Shown in pieces: positions 58,804-64,000 of a stretch of 64,000 nucleotides of DNA (positions are counted from its first letter, which is position 1; every line of letters begins with the position of its first letter). The DNA lies in contig CM035357.1 in the NCBI GenBank assembly GCA_020137815.1, forward strand, positions 6,138,001 to 6,202,000, in the 5' to 3' direction. The notes under the pieces are model-generated. The model was not told the DNA's origin. It saw nothing but the letters and a program-made list of their open reading frames with translations, and made no database searches. Origin of the DNA: Hormiphora californensis. Its lineage: Eukaryota; Animalia; Ctenophora. Both the position numbers and the translations under genes were made by a program.

Positions 58804-61800
58804 CCACTACACGCACCACTCCCGCATGGGGCCGTAAGGTCCCATGCGTGAGCAGGGTTAAATCCCCCGAGCCCGGATCCTGTTGGATCTGAGGGCCCGG
58901 AGGGCCTGCGGAGTAAAGGTTGGTAGAACAATGTACATAGGGGTAAGTTGAACAATGTACATATGGGTTAAAGTAAGGGAAAAATAATTAAGGGGGAATT
59001 AAAGCTCATGGAGACGGAGCATAAGACCTCCTATACTATCTGGAAAGAAGCCCAACCATCTGGAACGGAGTCTAAGAAGAGACAACTTATCAGGAACTGA
59101 AGAAGCAAACCGTCTGAATCTAGGGAAATCTAGGGGCAAGCAGGAACGGGTATAAAGTTGTGCTGTTACACCGAACGAAACAATATAAGAAAAACTGGTA
59201 TACAATTAAAATTACAATTACAGGGGGGATACAGCTCAGGAGGGTAATGACATGTCGAGAACTTTCCGGAGCGTGTTCATCGAGTTGAAGAGGACTGACT
59301 TTTGGAGCTGTGAGGGGTAAACTTGGCGGGTTATAGCAGTCAGATACTTCTCCAGTCGGGGGCTGACTCCGCCAAGAGCTCCGATCACGATAGGGATGAC
59401 CGTGGCCTTTTTAAGATCCCAAATTCGTGTGAGCTCCCTCCGTAGTTCTTGGTACTTCTCGATCTTCTCCATCTCCCTGTCCGAGACTGACCTGTCCTTT
59501 GGTACAGCGACATCAATCAGAAGCGCTTCCTTCTTTAGTTTATCTAGAAGGACCAAGTCAGGTTTACATGCCTCGATGGGGTTATCCGTCTGTATGTGGA
59601 AATCCCAGAGGATCTTGCAGTTCTCATTCTCGAGCACTTTCTCTGCATAGTGGCTCCACCACTTTGATTCGGTAGGAAATCCGTGGTCCTGGCACAATCC
59701 CCAGTGTAGGGCAGCAGCTACTCGATCGTGTCGGAGTTTATAATCTCCGTTGGCAAGTTTCGTGCATCCGTTTAGGATGTGTTCCACCGACTCGTTGTGT
59801 TGGTTACATATACGGCACTTCTCTGTCGCTCCATCCTCTTTCTCGATAGCAGCCTTCAGCCAGTTTGTGCGAGTGGCTTGATCCTGGGCAGCAAATACGT
59901 CGGCTTCGGTATATCTGCTGAGGCTCTCTTTGTTGAGCCAGGCCCAGGTCGCGTCAGGGTCGCAACCCCCTTCTTCAAGTTGCTTCAAGAATCTTCCATG
60001 TAACACTTTGCTCTTCCATTTCTCCAAGAGATCCGCCTGCAATCTTTCCTTCATGGCTTCTGCTTCCTCTGGGTCTGTCATTAGCATCTCTTCTCTCTGC
60101 ATCGCTGCGTGGAGGGCTAAGATCTTTGTATCAGTGGAGTTGTTGAAGAACGTCACGAGTCCTGTCTCTTCCTTCGCAATGACATCTTCAATCCGCTGGA
60201 GGCCCCTACCTCCCTTTTTCCTGGTGACATATAGTCGATCGACGTCACTGTTATGCTTGATTACCCCTCTTCTCAGGTGGCGTCGGGTAATGCTATCCAG
60301 CCCTCTGGCTTCGGAATTGGTCCAGTCCAGAATTCCAGCACCGTAACGGATCACAGGTATTGCCCATGTGTTGATTGCAGTGATAAGGTTCTTGCCTGAC
60401 AGGCTCGAGGACAACAGCTTCTTGACTCTTCGAGTGTACTCGATTTTGACCTTAGCTTTCATTTCTTGATGTAGAATACAGTCAATCTCCAGGATGCCGA
60501 GGTACTTGTAGCCTCCATCCTCCACTTCAGGTATTCTGTCTCCACTTGGAAGGTCTATTCCCTGCATTCGGCTTCTGACTCCATCCACGATGTCTAGTGC
60601 TCCACATTTGGATATACCAAAGGACATGTTGATGTCAGTACTAAACTTCTCGGTGACTTCTAAGAGTTGCTGGATGTCATCTTTCGAGTTAGCATATAGC
60701 TTAAGGTCGTCCATATAGAGGCGGTGGTTAATACTGATGTCTGTGTTTGGAGCATCTGGATTAGGTATGGTGTAGCCTCTCCCTTGGCTTGTGAGGAGCA
60801 TGGACAAGGGGATCAGTCCTATAATAAAGTGTATAGGGGAGACAGCGTCTCCTTGGAAGAGGCCTCTCTTGATGTGTATTTGGCCTAGGGCTGAGCCAGA
60901 TTGTACTATGTTGACAACACACTGTTGGAACGATGCCTCGAACAGCCGGATTATCTTGGGGTTTATCTTGCACATCTCCATGGACTTTAGGATCCAGGAG
61001 TGTGGGATCGAGTCGTAGGCCTTTTGGTAATCAATGAAGGCCATATACAAAGATGACTTTGTGCGTTTGCAATGTCGCAAGATCAGTTTGTCGATTGCTA
61101 GTTGCTCCTTACACCCTCTGCTCTTTTTCCGGCATCCCTTTTGCTCTTCCGGAAAGAGCTCGCTTACATCGAGGTGCTGGTAGATGTCTTCTGATAATAT
61201 TCCTGTATACAACTTCCAGAGGTTGGGGAGACAGGTTATGGGCCTGAAGTTCCCCGGGTTGGAGGTTCCCTTCTTGGGGTCTTTAACCAGGAGAAAGGTT
61301 CTACCTTCAGTCATCCACGCTGGGACCTGACTCGTAGCGAGGCTTTCATTTAGAAGCTCAGCTATCCGTCCATGGAGGCAGGTCGTGTGTTTAATCCAAA
61401 AGGCGTGGAGACCGTCAATACCAGGGGATGACCAGTTGGTCATTCCTTTCGCACGGGCTGTGACTCGTTCCGTGGTGATCTGGAAATCCTCCTGTTGGTT
61501 GACCGTTTCAAAATTCTCTTGGACACCGTCTAACCACTCTGCTGCAGTGTTATGGCCAGCTTCGTTTTCCCAGATGTTTTTCCAGAAGTTAAGGGTCCTA
61601 GTTTGGTCTTCTGGAGTGTATTCAAGTGGTATGGGATCCGATCCACGTTTCTCCAGTTTCCGGTAAAAGTTTCGCTGATTGTTCTGGAACAGGTTGTTGT
61701 CAGCGAATGTCTGCTGCTTCTTCTTGTATCTTTTAATCTTTCCGGCCTTTGCCAGCAGTCTCTGCTTCACTTCCTCTATCACCTGTTTATAGCCCTTCTT

Positions 61801-63110
61801 GGGTAGGAGCGGGTATCTTCTGTATATGATATCTATAGTTTGGAACTTTTGGGTGGCTCCTCTGCTCATTTCGGTCAGCCTGGAGAGGTCTGAGCGAAGC
61901 TTGGCGACACTCTCTTCGAGTCGTCGCAGCCACATAGGTTGTTTGTTTCTTCTTGGGGGGTTGCTGGTAGATTCACTCGGTGCCTCAATTCCCATTTGTT
62001 CTCGGACCACATGAGCTACGACCATCAGTAGCGTGTTCAGTGTGGTTAGGTCTGGGGTTTCAAACGATTTAATGACCGGACCTAGTCGATCGATTGCCAC
62101 ACGTAGTTTACCCCATGGGACTTGTCTCAAGTCAGTGACCTTGATGAGGCTCGGTTCATCAAGGAGTTTTTGGAACAGCTCTCTGGTTTCAGGGTCAGGC
62201 GCTTGTTCTTCGTTTTCCACTGGGTTTGTAGGTGCAACGGGTTCTGGAGGTGGGTTGTCCTCTGGCTCAGCCTGCCGGGCCGCGTTGTCTCTCTCACGTT
62301 CAGATGTGGCCGCTTCTCTGATTTCCATAAGCCTTTGTGGTGAGAGGAGTCCCGTATGAGTTATAGAATTCATTTGGGATCTGAGCTGGGTATCAGTCTT
62401 GGAGGGGTAGGTTGTCTTTAACCATCTCTCCTCCACTCGATTCCACACTCCTCTTATTTCCGGTTGTGAGTACCAGTGGATGAACACGAGCGTAGTGTTC
62501 ATTTCTGTGGTCCATTTCGTTCGTGGCGCTCTAGTTGGGGGAGGGGGCGGGGTGTCTGTGTTGTCCCCATTTGTTGTTGTACTCGGACCAGCGGTGTTAC
62601 TATTAACCGTGAGGTCCACTACCGGGAGTACGTTTAGGCCAGTTGCTAGGGCTTGCATATCTGTCATCTCCGTCGGAGTCACCATGTGTTCAGATTTCTC
62701 TATAGATCTGAACTGCCCAGCGAGTTTTTTACCTGGCAGTGGGTCATATCCTTTATCTTCCCACAGGCGTTCTAGCCTCTTCCAGGATCCGGATGTGCCT
62801 GGGTTACTGCGATAGTAGCAGTATACCAAGTCTAGGTTCTCTTGCTTAGACCAGACCTTCCTTGGTTTTCGGATGTTTGTACTCATGTCGGATAAGATGA
62901 GTAAGTTAGGGGGTGAGTTTCAAACCAATCACTGTGTATACATAGTCATCGGTTTGTTGAAAGAAGAGCCGGGTTTGGGGGTCTTAACACTGACACCGGT
63001 GAGCAGCGGTAACGGAATCCCACCGCCACATTTGGTCCGTTAGTAGATGGTTTGCCCGTCCATCCTTGCAGCTTTTCAGCACGAACCGACACTTTCAGCG
63101 TACGGGTGTG
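58764..63110 (-). mobile_element. Apparently full-length RLE non-LTR retrotransposon, R4/Dong clade
   Basis: Single intact ORF; ~224-nt 5' UTR; ~435-nt 3' UTR ending in two GC hairpins; (GA)n tail at 58764-58800; direct repeat tatctatat at 58755-58763 and 63111-63119 (candidate TSD). Confidence 0.9.
59236..62886 (-). CDS. Retrotransposon polyprotein: 2x Myb-like - RT - CCHC - PD..D/E-K restriction-like endonuclease (1216 aa)
   Basis: RT motifs SSPGIDG, NFRPITCL, EQKGCR, IDYQKAYDS, GLFQGDAVSP, LYMDDLKLY, YKYLG; zinc knuckle CRIC...HILNGC; YKLRHD; KPDLV...IDVAVP...EKIEKY. Confidence 0.97.
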   Translation of the reverse strand: MSTNIRKPRKVWSKQENLDLVYCYYRSNPGTSGSWKRLERLWEDKGYDPLPGKKLAGQFRSIEKSEHMVTPTEMTDMQALATGLNVLPVVDLTVNSNTAGPSTTTNGDNTDTPPPPPTRAPRTKWTTEMNTTLVFIHWYSQPEIRGVWNRVEERWLKTTYPSKTDTQLRSQMNSITHTGLLSPQRLMEIREAATSERERDNAARQAEPEDNPPPEPVAPTNPVENEEQAPDPETRELFQKLLDEPSLIKVTDLRQVPWGKLRVAIDRLGPVIKSFETPDLTTLNTLLMVVAHVVREQMGIEAPSESTSNPPRRNKQPMWLRRLEESVAKLRSDLSRLTEMSRGATQKFQTIDIIYRRYPLLPKKGYKQVIEEVKQRLLAKAGKIKRYKKKQQTFADNNLFQNNQRNFYRKLEKRGSDPIPLEYTPEDQTRTLNFWKNIWENEAGHNTAAEWLDGVQENFETVNQQEDFQITTERVTARAKGMTNWSSPGIDGLHAFWIKHTTCLHGRIAELLNESLATSQVPAWMTEGRTFLLVKDPKKGTSNPGNFRPITCLPNLWKLYTGILSEDIYQHLDVSELFPEEQKGCRKKSRGCKEQLAIDKLILRHCKRTKSSLYMAFIDYQKAYDSIPHSWILKSMEMCKINPKIIRLFEASFQQCVVNIVQSGSALGQIHIKRGLFQGDAVSPIHFIIGLIPLSMLLTSQGRGYTIPNPDAPNTDISINHRLYMDDLKLYANSKDDIQQLLEVTEKFSTDINMSFGISKCGALDIVDGVRSRMQGIDLPSGDRIPEVEDGGYKYLGILEIDCILHQEMKAKVKIEYTRRVKKLLSSSLSGKNLITAINTWAIPVIRYGAGILDWTNSEARGLDSITRRHLRRGVIKHNSDVDRLYVTRKKGGRGLQRIEDVIAKEETGLVTFFNNSTDTKILALHAAMQREEMLMTDPEEAEAMKERLQADLLEKWKSKVLHGRFLKQLEEGGCDPDATWAWLNKESLSRYTEADVFAAQDQATRTNWLKAAIEKEDGATEKCRICNQHNESVEHILNGCTKLANGDYKLRHDRVAAALHWGLCQDHGFPTESKWWSHYAEKVLENENCKILWDFHIQTDNPIEACKPDLVLLDKLKKEALLIDVAVPKDRSVSDREMEKIEKYQELRRELTRIWDLKKATVIPIVIGALGGVSPRLEKYLTAITRQVYPSQLQKSVLFNSMNTLRKVLDMSLPS

Positions 63111-63175
63111 TATCTATATAATATGTCTATATGGTGGATCTGGGACAGGGGCCAGTGTGAAGCATTATGATCAAC

Positions 63176-64000
63176 GGGAACGGGGTAAACTATCCTTTCT
63201 GGGACGGGGCAACTATCCTCTGTGAAGCTGGGTAAACTATCCTCTCTGGGACGGGGTAAACTATCCTCTCAGGAACGGGGTATGGGGTAGACTATCCTCT
63301 CTGGGACGGGGCAACTATCCTCTGTGAAGCGGGGTAAACTATCCTCTCCGGAATGGGGTAACTATCTTCTCCGAAACGGGGCTACTATCCTCTGTGAAGC
63401 GGGGTAAACTATCCTCTCTGGACCGGGGTAAACTATCTTCTCAGGAACGGGGTATGGGGTAGACTATCCTCTCCGGGGCGGGGCAACTATCCTCTGTGAA
63501 GCGGGGTAAACTATCCTCTCTGGGACGGGGTAAACTATCTTCTCAGGAACGGGGTCTGGGGTAGACTATCCTCTCCGGGACGGGGCAACTATCCTCTGTG
63601 AAGCGGGGCAAACTATCCTCTCCGGAATGGGGGAACTATCCCCTCCGGAACGGGGCTACTATCCTCTGTGAAGCGGGGTAAACTATCCTCTCCGGGACGG
63701 GGCAAACTATCTTCTCAGGAACGGGGTATGGGGTAGACTATCCTCTCTGGGGCGGGGCAACTATCCTCTGTGAAGCGGGGTAAACTATCCTCTCTGGAAC
63801 GGGGTAAACTATTCTCTCTGAACGGGTACAATCCTAACTGGATCGAGACCCTATTAATGAAATTAACTATCCTCTCTGGAACGGGGCTACTATCCTCTGT
63901 GAAGCGGGGTAAACTATCCTCTCTGGGACGGGGTAAACTATCCTCTCAGGAACGGGCTATGGGGTAGACTATCCTCTCTGGGGCGGGGCAACTATCCTCT
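63176..64000 (+). repeat. 23-24-bp minisatellite with ~102-bp higher-order structure (runs off the window)
   Basis: Monomers ggggtaaactatcctctctgggac, ggggcaactatcctctgtgaagc and ggggtaaactatcttctcaggaac plus ggggtat recur in ordered sets. Confidence 0.95.

Noticed and set aside
58852-58909. Twister ribozyme resemblance on the plus strand
   Set aside because: Only short words match; the sequence is fully explained as a simple long hairpin.
59396-62815. Multiple plus-strand ORFs
   Set aside because: Antisense shadows of the retrotransposon ORF.

Overview
Intron-rich eukaryotic (animal) genomic DNA, most likely a ctenophore. A 109-bp hAT MITE here translates to a peptide I recall from Pleurobrachia gene models; this is unverified. 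Spliced genes were built by hand from GT-AG sites with exon phases checked: (1) the 3' end of an unknown gene (1-2116, +); (2) two paralogous secreted proteins with a Trp-rich head, one carrying (VTGD)n repeats (3028-4583 and 10774-13723, +); (3) an Ig-PAN-Sushi-Sushi protein (-); (4) two orphan exons (16768-17793, -); (5) an 18-exon, ~869-aa type I membrane receptor with Sushi domains, a hemicentin-type VWA domain and a Tyr-motif tail (25041-31923, +); (6) 21 exons of a catalytically degenerate PLC-like (PLCL/PRIP-like) gene (35014-57833, -). An intact R4/Dong-clade RLE non-LTR retrotransposon (58764-63110, -) has a duplicated N-terminal Myb-like module, a (GA)n tail and a candidate 9-bp TSD. 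There are many palindromic non-autonomous DNA transposons (Kolobok-, Chapaev-, MULE-, hAT- and mariner-like) and (AG)n microsatellites. The most unusual signal is tandem duplication centred on splice junctions in four different genes. It includes a 13-unit array in which every 74-nt unit reads as a complete GT...TACTAAC...CAG mini-intron with zero-length exons between units. Most short ORFs in the supplied track are artefacts.
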